From: Gammaproteobacteria bacterium
GTDB taxonomy: Bacteria > Pseudomonadota > Gammaproteobacteria > GCA-002705445 > GCA-002716945
DNA length: 46,852 bases
Direction of reading: 5' to 3'
NCBI GenBank assembly: GCA_965660795.1
Contig: CBFIBF010000006.1
Coordinates: 1 to 46,852 of the forward strand
The first letter of the stretch is position 1. Each line of letters begins with the position of its first letter. Shown piece after piece: positions 1 through 9,621 of this stretch. The notes below the pieces were generated by a model. The model was not told where the DNA came from. It searched no databases and worked only from the letters and a program-made list of their open reading frames with translations. Made by a program: the position numbers and the translations under genes.

Positions 1-1
1 T

Positions 2-442
2 TACTTTCAAAAGCCAAAAAATAATTTCAAATATTTTTATATTGCAGGTTTCAAAATTGGTGTAATGATATGTTGGGATCAGTGGCATATGAATTCATAT
101 GCATTTATGAAAAAAAACAATATCAACCTAATAATTTGTCCTACTGCAATTGGGTATTGCTTTTACAAAAAGAGAATTTTTAACTTAAAAAATGAACAAC
201 GTAAATGGCTTGATGTCATCAAAGCTAATAGTCTTATGATAAATACACCAATGATTGTCGCCAATAGAATTGGTAATGAAACAGAAGTAAATCGAGCTAT
301 AAAGTTTTGGGGTAATAGCTTCATTACAGATTCTAATGGTAATATTGTAAAAAAATGCAAATCAAGACAGTCTGTGGTACTTCATAAAATAGACTTCCGT
401 GATCAAAATACAGCAAAAAAATCATGGAATTTTCTAAATTAA
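2..442 (+). CDS. aguB: Carbon-nitrogen hydrolase, N-carbamoylputrescine amidase-like (5'-truncated by window edge)
   Basis: Frame open from base 2 (YFSKAKNNFKYFYIAGFKIGVMICWDQW...); nitrilase-family catalytic Cys motif ICWDQW, plus PTAIG, ANRIG and FWGNSF motifs typical of AguB. Confidence 0.7.
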   Translation, partial: YFQKPKNNFKYFYIAGFKIGVMICWDQWHMNSYAFMKKNNINLIICPTAIGYCFYKKRIFNLKNEQRKWLDVIKANSLMINTPMIVANRIGNETEVNRAIKFWGNSFITDSNGNIVKKCKSRQSVVLHKIDFRDQNTAKKSWNFLN

Positions 443-472
443 GCAATAATTTAGTGATTATTATAAAAAAAC

Positions 473-502
473 ATGTCAAATCTCATAAGTAAGCATTATA
501 AT
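473..502 (+). promoter_or_regulatory. Putative sigma70 promoter for the peptide/rhodanese operon
   Basis: ATGTCA (473-478, 4/6 match to -35), 18-nt spacer, perfect TATAAT (497-502); AT-rich background weakens the call. Confidence 0.45.
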
Positions 503-547
503 ATTCATAATTCAATCAGTGCTTAAAATAAAGGAGATTTTTACACA

Positions 548-700
548 ATGAGAAACTACTTTTTGCTATTAGCAATGCTTATTATGAGTATTTCAATATC
601 TCAACCATCGTTTGCAGATAATGAAATAACCCCAAATATAATATTTGCTGAGGATGGGGAAAAAAAGTCTTCAGATGATGAAGAGCCAGATTGTGAATAA
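548..700 (+). CDS. Small secreted acidic peptide, 50 aa, C-terminal DDEEPDCE with single Cys (not in ORF track)
   Basis: Manual translation MRNYFLLLAMLIMSISISQPSFADNEITPNIIFAEDGEKKSSDDEEPDCE*; SD AAGGAG at 531-536; Sec-type signal (basic N-terminus, hydrophobic core, P-S-F-A|D); stop 15 nt before the rhodanese start. Confidence 0.85.
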   Translation: MRNYFLLLAMLIMSISISQPSFADNEITPNIIFAEDGEKKSSDDEEPDCE

Positions 701-715
701 TTAATGGGAGGAGAT

Positions 716-1396
716 ATGTTAAAAATTAAACATAACGTATTATCAGCTGCTCTACTCTCTTTTGTTCTTGTATCGTTTTCTGCATTTGCAGGTAAACCAG
801 TTGCAATTTCAAAAGCAGATGGTCCAAATTCACTTGAATTAGGACTTTCAGTATCAGTTGGTGAACATAAAATCATGAGAAACCAAGATAACAGTGCAAC
901 AGTTAATCCTGCTTTTGCTAAAACTTCTAGACCTTGTCCGCCATTTTGCATTCAACCAATGCAATTAAGACCAGGTATTGAAACTCTTGGTGAACAAGAA
1001 TTAATTCATTATGCTGTTATGATGAGTAAAGGACAAAAGATGCCAGATGGCTCAGAGATCATGCTTATAGACTCTAGAACACCTGATTGGGTCGCTAAAG
1101 GAACAATCCCTGGTGCAGTGAACTTACCTTGGACTCTTTTGAGTGAAAGAAAAGGTGCGGATCCGCTATCTATAGCTGAATTAATGACTAGTAAATTTGG
1201 CGCTAAAGAGCAAAATGGGCTTTACTATTTTGATGATGCAAAAACCTTAGTTTTGTTTTGTAACGGAATGTGGTGCGGTCAATCACCTAATAACATTAAA
1301 AGTCTACTAAGATACGGATATCCAGCAAATAAAATTAAATGGTACCGTGGTGGTATGCAAAACTGGGAAAACTTAGGATTTAATACCGTTAAATAA
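716..1396 (+). CDS. Secreted/periplasmic rhodanese-domain sulfurtransferase, SoxL-like
   Basis: Start moved to ATG 716 (SD GGAGGAG 707-713); signal peptide ending AFA|G; motifs RPCPPFCIQPM, IDSR, GTIPGAVNLP, FCNGMWCGQS, WYRGGMQNW. Confidence 0.88.
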   Translation: MLKIKHNVLSAALLSFVLVSFSAFAGKPVAISKADGPNSLELGLSVSVGEHKIMRNQDNSATVNPAFAKTSRPCPPFCIQPMQLRPGIETLGEQELIHYAVMMSKGQKMPDGSEIMLIDSRTPDWVAKGTIPGAVNLPWTLLSERKGADPLSIAELMTSKFGAKEQNGLYYFDDAKTLVLFCNGMWCGQSPNNIKSLLRYGYPANKIKWYRGGMQNWENLGFNTVK

Positions 1397-1413
1397 AACA
1401 ATATTATCCGATT

Positions 1414-1448
1414 AAGCAGCACATGATTAAATGTGCTGCTTTTTTTTT
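1414..1448 (+). terminator. Rho-independent terminator of the peptide/rhodanese operon
   Basis: Stem AAGCAGCACAT / ATGTGCTGCTT with loop GATTAA, followed by a T-run to 1448. Confidence 0.9.
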
Positions 1449-1454
1449 GAAATT

Positions 1455-4400
1455 ATGAAACAACTTAATAAAGGTTTCAATGTTGTAAAAAATATTGTTG
1501 GCTCCTCTTATATCATTGAAATAGATGAGCTATCAAAAAAATATAAAAGTACACTAATAATTTTAGACAATAATCATCAAATTGATGCTTTATATAATGA
1601 ATTATCAAGACTATATAAATCAAAAAAAATTCTTAAATTTCCAAATTATGGACTTGATGATTATAGCAACGTCGCGATTGACAAAGATATAATTAAAGAC
1701 AGATATGAATGTTTGATAGAGTTATCTCTTAATGCTGACAATAAAATAATAATTACATCCTACAGGTCAATATTTTACAAAATTCCACAATTAAATGAAA
1801 CATTAAAATCATGGAAAAAAATTGACAAGTACATAAAATATAACGAACTTATAGATAGATTAAAGTCTTTTAATTATGAAAAAACATCTAAGGTTATTGA
1901 GCCTGGTCAATATCGAATATCAGGATCAATTGTAGACTTCTTTTCTATATCTTCACATGATCCTGTAAGAGTAAATTTTTTTGAAGATAGTATAGAATCT
2001 TTAAAAATATTTAATTCAACTACTCAATTAACAAAAAATGATATTGATAGCAGCATACTCACATCTGAGTGCATTTATCACTTAGATCAAAAAAATATTG
2101 AATTTTATAAAGCAAACGTAAAAAAATATTTTGATTCTGAATATGTCGAAGATATTGAGTATGAGAAGGTTATTTCAAATGATAGTAAAAATTATATTCA
2201 TAACCTAATCCCTATGCTCTTCAGAGAAACAGAGTCATTAATATCATCGCTTGGTAATAATTTAGTTTGCTTCATGAACAAAAATTTTCATGAAGAATAT
2301 AATGACTTCAGAAATACATTAAATAAAATCTATGATAATGAAATATTTAACAGATATCTTATTAAACCAGATGAACTAATAATAAGTGAAAAAGATATTG
2401 AACATATTATCGACAATAATTATTTTTATATAGCATCTGATTATATGAAAGATATGGATTTTCATAAATCTAGCTATACAACTGTACCGTCACTGTCTAT
2501 CAATTATAATTATAAAAATCCATTTATAAATTTAGAAAAAGTTATTTTTAATACTGAATATAATTTTATATTTTTTATAGAAAGAAGTGATAATTATAAA
2601 ACATTAACAGACTACCTAAATTCTCAAAATATTGAATTCTATGAAACGGATAATATAGGTATTTCAAGTAATAAAATTCAAATAATGAGAGAACATATAA
2701 ACGAAGGATTTATTGATAATAATAAAAAAATTATCTATGTCAGCTCCAATGATCTTTTTGGACTTATTAAGACACGATTATCTTCTAAAGAAATACTCAA
2801 ATCATCAGTTATTGATAACCTTACTCAAATAAAATTCAATGATTATATTGTTCACCAAGAACATGGAATAGGAAGATATAAAGGTCTTGAAATCATGAAT
2901 ATCGAAAATAAAGTAACAGAATTAGTCAAGATTGAATACGCAGATAATAATAATCTTTATATGCCTATTACTTCTTTATCTTTAATACAAAAATATATTG
3001 GAAATACTGGAATCAATACTAAACTTTCAGAGTTAGGGACAGACAGATGGCTAAAAGTTAAACAAAGAGCTAAAAAGAAAATTGAGGATATTGCTGCTGA
3101 ATTACTGACCATTCAAGCACAAAGAGAACTTAATAAAGGTTATAAATTTAATGTAGATGCACATGAATATGGAAAATTCTGTAATTTGTTTCCATATGTT
3201 GAAACAGACGACCAATTAAGCAGCATAAATCAAGTGATTGAAGATATGTGTTCATCAAAAGCTATGGATAGAGTTATCTGTGGAGATGTAGGTTTTGGAA
3301 AAACAGAAGTGATACTGAGGGCCGCATTTGTTGCAATTAATAATAATAAACAAGTGGTTGTGATAGTACCTACAACTGTACTAGCTAAACAGCATTACGA
3401 TACATTTACAAAAAGATTTATAAATTATGATACTAAAATTGAATTGATGACACGTGCAGTTTCACAAAAAGAAAAAATAGATATCAAAAATAATTTGTTA
3501 AAAAGTAAAACTAATATAGTAATAGGTACTCATGCATTATTGAATAAAGAAATTAAATATGCAGATTTAGGATTATTAATTATAGATGAAGAGCATAAAT
3601 TTGGCGTTAAACATAAAGAATCTATTAAAAATATTAAAAATAATATTGATGTTTTGACATTAACTGCAACACCTATTCCTAGAACTCTTAATAATGCTCT
3701 CTCAGAAATCAAAGATATGAGCATTATTAATACTCCTCCTATAGGAAGAAAAAATATACAGACGAATATTATTAATAAATCAGAAAGTGAGATTAGAGAA
3801 TACATAGATCGTGAAATAACTAGAGGTGGACAAGTTTTATATATTCATAACAGAATTGAAACTATGAATGACGAGATATCATATTTAAGAGAAATAAATT
3901 CAAATTATAAAATTGATAATGTTCATGGAAGAATGTCAACACAACAAATTCAAAAAGTGATGAATAGTTTTTTGAGTGAAAAAACAAACATACTTATTTG
4001 TACAAGTATAATTGAAAGCGGCTTAGATATGACTAATGTAAATACAATTATAATAAATAATGCTCAAAATTTTGGTTTATCTCAACTTCATCAAATTAGA
4101 GGTAGGGTTGGAAGAAGTGCAAAACAAGCATATGCAGGAATGATAGTTGATGATCAAAATAAACTTACAAATGAAGCTCAAAAAAGGATGGATGCATTTA
4201 TAAACACCAACAGTTTAGCCGGAGGACTAGATATAGCTAGTCATGATCTAGAAATTAGAGGTGCTGGTGAACTTTTAGGGGAGGAGCAAAGCGGACAAAT
4301 TACTGAGATTGGTTATGGCATGTATACCTCTATGCTCTCACGTGCTGTTAATCGGCTTAAGAATATTGATGAAGCAGATGATACAAATCAAGTTGAAATT

Positions 4401-4823
4401 GACGCGTTCGAATCAACATTAATTCCTCAAGATTATATAGAGGATATATTTCAAAGGTTGGATTTTTATAAGGATATCTCAAGCGCTACAAATGATCATA
4501 CTATTAATGAAATTATGACGAAATTAATTGATATATATGGACCTATACCAGAACACTTGTTAAATCTCATAGATCTTAGCCGAGTAAAAATTGCAGGAAG
4601 CGCATTAGGTGCGCAAAGAATAAAAATTAATAGAGATAATGTTGTAATAGTCCTAAATGATGAAAATTCAATAGATACTGAAACTCTTGTAAATATATAT
4701 ACAAATTCAAAAAGAATTAAAATTATCAATAGCAATCAAATTAAATACTCGATTGAATCAGATGGAAGTTTCTCAAATATTTGTTCTGAAATCATAAAAG
4801 TAATATCTGAAATTACGTGTTAG
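1455..4823 (+). CDS. mfd: Transcription-repair coupling factor Mfd
   Basis: CarD-like RID (YIVHQEHGIGRY), GDVGFGKT, DEEH, TATPIPRT, QIRGRVGRS, DLEIRGAG TRG motif; ATG 1431 lies inside the terminator stem so 1455 is preferred. Confidence 0.96.
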   Translation: MKQLNKGFNVVKNIVGSSYIIEIDELSKKYKSTLIILDNNHQIDALYNELSRLYKSKKILKFPNYGLDDYSNVAIDKDIIKDRYECLIELSLNADNKIIITSYRSIFYKIPQLNETLKSWKKIDKYIKYNELIDRLKSFNYEKTSKVIEPGQYRISGSIVDFFSISSHDPVRVNFFEDSIESLKIFNSTTQLTKNDIDSSILTSECIYHLDQKNIEFYKANVKKYFDSEYVEDIEYEKVISNDSKNYIHNLIPMLFRETESLISSLGNNLVCFMNKNFHEEYNDFRNTLNKIYDNEIFNRYLIKPDELIISEKDIEHIIDNNYFYIASDYMKDMDFHKSSYTTVPSLSINYNYKNPFINLEKVIFNTEYNFIFFIERSDNYKTLTDYLNSQNIEFYETDNIGISSNKIQIMREHINEGFIDNNKKIIYVSSNDLFGLIKTRLSSKEILKSSVIDNLTQIKFNDYIVHQEHGIGRYKGLEIMNIENKVTELVKIEYADNNNLYMPITSLSLIQKYIGNTGINTKLSELGTDRWLKVKQRAKKKIEDIAAELLTIQAQRELNKGYKFNVDAHEYGKFCNLFPYVETDDQLSSINQVIEDMCSSKAMDRVICGDVGFGKTEVILRAAFVAINNNKQVVVIVPTTVLAKQHYDTFTKRFINYDTKIELMTRAVSQKEKIDIKNNLLKSKTNIVIGTHALLNKEIKYADLGLLIIDEEHKFGVKHKESIKNIKNNIDVLTLTATPIPRTLNNALSEIKDMSIINTPPIGRKNIQTNIINKSESEIREYIDREITRGGQVLYIHNRIETMNDEISYLREINSNYKIDNVHGRMSTQQIQKVMNSFLSEKTNILICTSIIESGLDMTNVNTIIINNAQNFGLSQLHQIRGRVGRSAKQAYAGMIVDDQNKLTNEAQKRMDAFINTNSLAGGLDIASHDLEIRGAGELLGEEQSGQITEIGYGMYTSMLSRAVNRLKNIDEADDTNQVEIDAFESTLIPQDYIEDIFQRLDFYKDISSATNDHTINEIMTKLIDIYGPIPEHLLNLIDLSRVKIAGSALGAQRIKINRDNVVIVLNDENSIDTETLVNIYTNSKRIKIINSNQIKYSIESDGSFSNICSEIIKVISEITC

Positions 4824-5875
4824 TTCTTATTAATAAATACTGTTGATGTAGGGTAAGCAATTTCAGCATTATGATTTTCGATAATTTCTGCGATTTCAAA
4901 TAGTATACCTTGTTTAATAGATAGAAATTCTTCCCAATCTTTTGTAACTGTAAATGCATAAACAAAAAAGTCACATGAAGAAGGCGCAAAGCTTTTAAAA
5001 TATACTTTTGGTTTAATGTTCTGATCTATTTTTGAATTTTTTTCCAAAGCATTTCTGACATCATTAAGTATAAGGTTCATGTTTTTAAGATCATCATATC
5101 TAATTCCTATTGTTTCATTTAATCTTCTATTCGACATTCGTGTAGCATTTTCAACGATAATACTTGAAAATGCGGTATTTGGAATATACAGAATATTTTT
5201 TGAAAAGGTTCTTACGACCGTTAATCTCCACCCAATCTTCTCAACAATACCTTCGATATTTCTATCTGGGGATTTAATAAATTCACCTACTCTAAATGGC
5301 CTATCAAAAAAGATCATCATCCCACCGAAGAAATTAGAAAGAAGATCTTTTGCAGCTAAACCTACAATTAACCCACCAACACCACCAAATGCTAAAAGAC
5401 CAGATATGCTTAATCCCAATTCTTGCATGATTAATAAAATTGCAATCACTACAACAATAACTTTAATTATTCGGACGACTATTTCATATGTCTCAGTTAC
5501 TAAGGCTGCGTCATCTTCTGCAGAGGTATTTTTTAAAAAAGGTTTAGAATCAATATAAAAATTTAAACCCCTTTGAATTGACCATGAAATTAGTATAACC
5601 ATTAAAATGAATATAGATGATGATAAATGGAAATCATAAATTATAATTTTTTCATTATTAAGATAATTAAGAAGTAGCAATAAATAACCAATTATAATTA
5701 AATATGAAGATGGTGTTTTTACTGAATAAAGTAAAAGTTCATCATAAACTGTATTTGTTTTTTTTGACAAAGATAATATGACATTAATGATTTTATTTTT
5801 TAATGTCAGCAAAAATACGGCCGCGACACTTAAAGTGATCAAATCAAAATGTGCATTATCAAGTATTAAATTCAT
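4820..5875 (-). CDS. mscS: MscS-family small-conductance mechanosensitive channel (YnaI-like)
   Basis: Multiple TM helices; LLAFGGVGGLIVGLAAKDLLSNFFGG, DRPFRVGE, EGIVEKIGWRLT, IAYPT. Confidence 0.93.
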   Translation of the reverse strand: MNLILDNAHFDLITLSVAAVFLLTLKNKIINVILSLSKKTNTVYDELLLYSVKTPSSYLIIIGYLLLLLNYLNNEKIIIYDFHLSSSIFILMVILISWSIQRGLNFYIDSKPFLKNTSAEDDAALVTETYEIVVRIIKVIVVVIAILLIMQELGLSISGLLAFGGVGGLIVGLAAKDLLSNFFGGMMIFFDRPFRVGEFIKSPDRNIEGIVEKIGWRLTVVRTFSKNILYIPNTAFSSIIVENATRMSNRRLNETIGIRYDDLKNMNLILNDVRNALEKNSKIDQNIKPKVYFKSFAPSSCDFFVYAFTVTKDWEEFLSIKQGILFEIAEIIENHNAEIAYPTSTVFINKN

Positions 5876-6934
5876 TTAATTTAAAGAGATATTATCCAGA
5901 TATTTAAGAGCATTTTTATAAACATGAAAATCACCTATATTATATGATATATCATCACTGCATGGAATATTGATATCTGATATCTGAATTTTTCCTGATT
6001 TACCTAAAGGTTCAATAAATTCTTTCTGATAAAAGTAATAACTTTTTTTATCTTCAATTATTTTCTGATTTTGCATTGTAGTTATAATTGTCATATCGCA
6101 CCCTGAAGAGATGACTTTATGAAAGATATTTAACCTAGATTCATCTTTAAAAAGATCAGATAAACCTTTCATTTCTAGGTCATCACTTATAAAGAAAGGT
6201 TTGTGAGAAAAAATATTATTAGATATTTCTTGTAACCATTTAGAAGATGATGTGACAGGTTGTTCTGAAACCTTGGGATAAATAATATGGCCAGTCATAA
6301 TTGGAATATTCATTTTTTCATGAATATTTTGAAAACTACAAATATGCAAATCAAGTTGTTCATAAGGAAGATCACAATATGAAATGTCTGTATGTGTATC
6401 TGTTGTAATTACACCATGTCCTGGAAAATGCTTTAGTGTAGGTATGATGCCATTATCAACATAACCTTGAATATATTTGCATGCTAGCTCTACAACGATA
6501 TTTGGGTTATCTGAAAATGTTCGACTGTTCAAGACGGCACTCTTTGTTGTTAAATCAATAACGGGAGAAAAATTAATATCAATTCCAACATCTTTCAATT
6601 CATAACCTGCAATATATCCTGAATAGTAAGCTAGATCCTCAGCTTTTATAGTATCAATAGAATATAAATTACCAATAGCTTGAAATGATGGAAGTGAGGT
6701 AAATTCTTTCTTAAATCTTTGAATACGTCCACCCTCATGGTCGATGCATATAATAATATTTTCTCTAATTTCCTTAATAGATGATATTAATGACTTAATT
6801 TGATTTTTATCTACATAGTTATGATTAAATAAAATTACTCCTCCAATCAAATTACTTGATAATAGATCTTTTTCCTCGGTGCTTATAGATGTTGAGTCCA
6901 AATTAATAATTATAGGTCCAGAAGCACTAATCAT
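5876..6934 (-). CDS. nagZ: Beta-N-acetylhexosaminidase (GH3)
   Basis: GGVILF, IDHEGGRIQRF, KHFPGHG...DTH, SDDLEM; start set at the ATG overlapping the ispF stop (ATGA). Confidence 0.92.
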   Translation of the reverse strand: MISASGPIIINLDSTSISTEEKDLLSSNLIGGVILFNHNYVDKNQIKSLISSIKEIRENIIICIDHEGGRIQRFKKEFTSLPSFQAIGNLYSIDTIKAEDLAYYSGYIAGYELKDVGIDINFSPVIDLTTKSAVLNSRTFSDNPNIVVELACKYIQGYVDNGIIPTLKHFPGHGVITTDTHTDISYCDLPYEQLDLHICSFQNIHEKMNIPIMTGHIIYPKVSEQPVTSSSKWLQEISNNIFSHKPFFISDDLEMKGLSDLFKDESRLNIFHKVISSGCDMTIITTMQNQKIIEDKKSYYFYQKEFIEPLGKSGKIQISDINIPCSDDISYNIGDFHVYKNALKYLDNISLN

Positions 6935-7407
6935 TTTTTTACCAAAATATTTACGTAGCAAGCTATGCCTTGATTGTTACCGATGATACCAGTTTTCTGA
7001 TACGTGGATGATTTTATGCTTATGAGACTAGTTTCACAACCTAATGTCTTAGCTAGATTTAAGCGCATGTCATTAATCTTTGTTTGAAGATGCGGCTTCT
7101 CAAGTACGATAGTTATATCTATATTATTAATAGTGTAATTATGAGATTGTAGAAGCGACAGTGCATGACTGATTATTTGTTTACTATCAATATTTTTATT
7201 CTCATTGTTTGATGGAAAATGTGTACCTATATCACCTTGAGCTAATGCGCCATAAATGGCATCAGATAGTGCATGAAATACAATATCACCGTCTGAGTGA
7301 GCGTCAACAGAATATTCAGATGAAATATTAATACCTCCAAGCTTAATAGTGTTTCCTTTTATAAGTTTATGAAAGTCAAATCCAAAGCCTATTTTAAAGT
7401 CATTCAT
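6931..7407 (-). CDS. ispF: 2-C-methyl-D-erythritol 2,4-cyclodiphosphate synthase
   Basis: IGFGFDFH, AHSDGDIVFHALSDA, GDIGTHF; follows ispD. Confidence 0.96.
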   Translation of the reverse strand: MNDFKIGFGFDFHKLIKGNTIKLGGINISSEYSVDAHSDGDIVFHALSDAIYGALAQGDIGTHFPSNNENKNIDSKQIISHALSLLQSHNYTINNIDITIVLEKPHLQTKINDMRLNLAKTLGCETSLISIKSSTYQKTGIIGNNQGIACYVNILVKK

Positions 7408-8069
7408 AATAGATTCTTGATGTATTGAAGGTCGCTTAAATAAGTGATTTTAATATTCATCGGATTAGACATAATTAAGGAACATTTAAGATTATTAAGA
7501 ACCAAAGCTTCTATATCATCATCTATTTCTGTTTCATTGGCAATACAAGCTTGAATTGATTTATAAAGCTTGTCTGTTTTAAAGATTTGAGGAGTAAAAG
7601 ATGACCATAAATGATCTCTAATAATATTATTCTTAACATTTAGATTAGATAACTCTTTTATAGCATTAGTAACCGGGTAACCAAGAGATACGCCATCCAT
7701 TTTATTATTTAATGATTTAATCATTTTAGTTATATCAGATAGATTTAAAACTGGTCTTGCAACATCATGAACCATTGTAAGAGGTGTTTGTAAATTATTA
7801 TTATAAATATAATTTAAAGAATTATTTAATGACTTCAAACGGGATGTTGAACCAAATGTTATATATTCATTTTTTTCAAGAGATTTAACTTTCACTCTTT
7901 TATTAATTACGATATATCTTTTTGATGAATTAAAATATTTAGAAAAGAAGTTTCTTGAATAATCTAGTAGTGATTTATTTTTAATTTTAATATTTTGCTT
8001 TAATTCTGAAGAGTCAAATCTTTTGCTTTTACCTGCACCCAACATTATCACTGAAATATGTGTACTCAT
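7404..8069 (-). CDS. ispD: 2-C-methyl-D-erythritol 4-phosphate cytidylyltransferase
   Basis: GAGKSKRF...KQ, VHDVARP, TPQIF, NIKITY; ftsB-ispD-ispF synteny. Confidence 0.92.
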   Translation of the reverse strand: MSTHISVIMLGAGKSKRFDSSELKQNIKIKNKSLLDYSRNFFSKYFNSSKRYIVINKRVKVKSLEKNEYITFGSTSRLKSLNNSLNYIYNNNLQTPLTMVHDVARPVLNLSDITKMIKSLNNKMDGVSLGYPVTNAIKELSNLNVKNNIIRDHLWSSFTPQIFKTDKLYKSIQACIANETEIDDDIEALVLNNLKCSLIMSNPMNIKITYLSDLQYIKNLL

Positions 8070-8341
8070 TTGTTGATTATATGAACATATATCTCATCAC
8101 TTTTGACAAGCCCCAAATTATATCTAGCAAAGTTTTCTAGTGCATGTTTTGATGATCTAAGCTCATTTATTTCGATTGATATTTTTTTATTCGCTTGATT
8201 TATTTTTGATATTTTTTCTTTTAAAAGATTATTTTGAGAATTTAAATAGAAAAAATCAACTATGTTATTATTAGCAAAAAAAAGAGAATGTTGAAAGTTA
8301 ATAAAAATTAACAATCCAAGAAAAAAAAGAATTTTTTTCAT
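8066..8341 (-). CDS. ftsB: Cell division protein FtsB
   Basis: N-terminal TM, coiled coil, ENFARYNLGLVKSDE; eno-ftsB-ispD synteny. Confidence 0.9.
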   Translation of the reverse strand: MKKILFFLGLLIFINFQHSLFFANNNIVDFFYLNSQNNLLKEKISKINQANKKISIEINELRSSKHALENFARYNLGLVKSDEIYVHIINK

Positions 8342-9618
8342 CAGTTGAGGTATTTATCTAGTTTGTTATTTGGAGTTAGTGTAGCTAATCTCTCTTCAAT
8401 CCTTAGTAGCTGATTATACTTTGCTACCCTGTCAGATCTTGACATAGAGCCAGTTTTAATCAATCCAGATGATGTGGCAACTGCTAAGTCAGCAATTGTT
8501 ACATCTTCTGTTTCTCCAGAACGATGTGAAATAATAAAGTTATAATCATTTTCTTTTGCTAGATTAATCGCTTGAAGTGTCTCTGATATTGTCCCTATTT
8601 GATTAAGCTTTATTAAGATAGAATTCGCAATTTGACTATCAATACCTCTTTTAAAAATTCTTGGATTAGTTACAAACAGATCATCGCCAACTAGTTGAGT
8701 ATTATTACCAAGTTTAGCTGTTAATTTTGACCATCCATCCCAATCATCCTCAGCCAAACCATCTTCTATAGATAATATTGGATAATTTTCGCGTAATTTA
8801 GAGAGATAATCTATGAATTCGGTAGAGTTTAATTTCAAGTTCTCTGATGATAATGTATAAATTCCATCTTTATAGAACTCACTACTGGCAACGTCTAACG
8901 CTAGAAATATATCCTCGCCTGGTTTGTAGCCTGCTTTAGATATCGAATCAAGAATTATTTCAATAGCTTCATAATTACCGTTTATATTTGGCGCAAAACC
9001 ACCCTCATCTCCAACAGCAGACGACATATTAAGTGCTTCTAAAGAACTTTTAAGTGTATGAAATATTTCTGCTCCGGCTTTAATAGATGAGCTTATTAAG
9101 TCAAAACCTACGGGTAATATCATAAACTCTTGAAAGTCTAATTTATTATTAGCATGAGCTCCGCCATTTAAAATATTCATCATTGGAATGGGAAGCATAT
9201 ATGTGGTCTCTTCAGTAAGTGATTGATACATAGGTATTTTTGCATTCAATGCTTTTGCTTGGGCAAATGCAATACTGCATGCAAGAACCGCATTAGCACC
9301 AAGTCTTGACTTATTATCTGTTCCATCAAAATCAATAAGAAATTGATCAAAAGATTCTTGAGTATAAGCGTTATTTTTATCAATTCTGTTTGAGATTTCA
9401 GTATTTATATTAAGTACAGCATTTAATACTGACTTACCTAAATAGCTGTTTGGGTCATCATCTCTTAATTCAATAGCCTCAAGTTTTCCTGTGGATGCTC
9501 CAGACGGAACGGCCCCTCTTCCTATGATTCCATTATCTAAAATTACATCAGCTTCACAGGTAGGATTACCTCTGGAATCTATTATCTGGCGTCCTATTAT
9601 TTTTTTAATTTTTATCAT
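8341..9618 (-). CDS. eno: Enolase
   Basis: [42 protein letters not shown]. Confidence 0.99.
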   Translation of the reverse strand: MIKIKKIIGRQIIDSRGNPTCEADVILDNGIIGRGAVPSGASTGKLEAIELRDDDPNSYLGKSVLNAVLNINTEISNRIDKNNAYTQESFDQFLIDFDGTDNKSRLGANAVLACSIAFAQAKALNAKIPMYQSLTEETTYMLPIPMMNILNGGAHANNKLDFQEFMILPVGFDLISSSIKAGAEIFHTLKSSLEALNMSSAVGDEGGFAPNINGNYEAIEIILDSISKAGYKPGEDIFLALDVASSEFYKDGIYTLSSENLKLNSTEFIDYLSKLRENYPILSIEDGLAEDDWDGWSKLTAKLGNNTQLVGDDLFVTNPRIFKRGIDSQIANSILIKLNQIGTISETLQAINLAKENDYNFIISHRSGETEDVTIADLAVATSSGLIKTGSMSRSDRVAKYNQLLRIEERLATLTPNNKLDKYLN

Positions 9619-9621
9619 TTT

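Noticed and set aside
490-525. TAAGCA...TGCTTA dyad around the peptide-operon -10 as a repressor site
   Set aside because: Only 6-bp arms with a long spacer in AT-rich DNA; I cannot match it to a known operator
601-951. 116-aa minus-strand ORF
   Set aside because: Antisense shadow of the peptide and rhodanese genes, which have SDs, signal peptides and family motifs
5079-5558. 159-aa plus-strand ORF
   Set aside because: Entirely antisense to the conserved mscS core, no motifs
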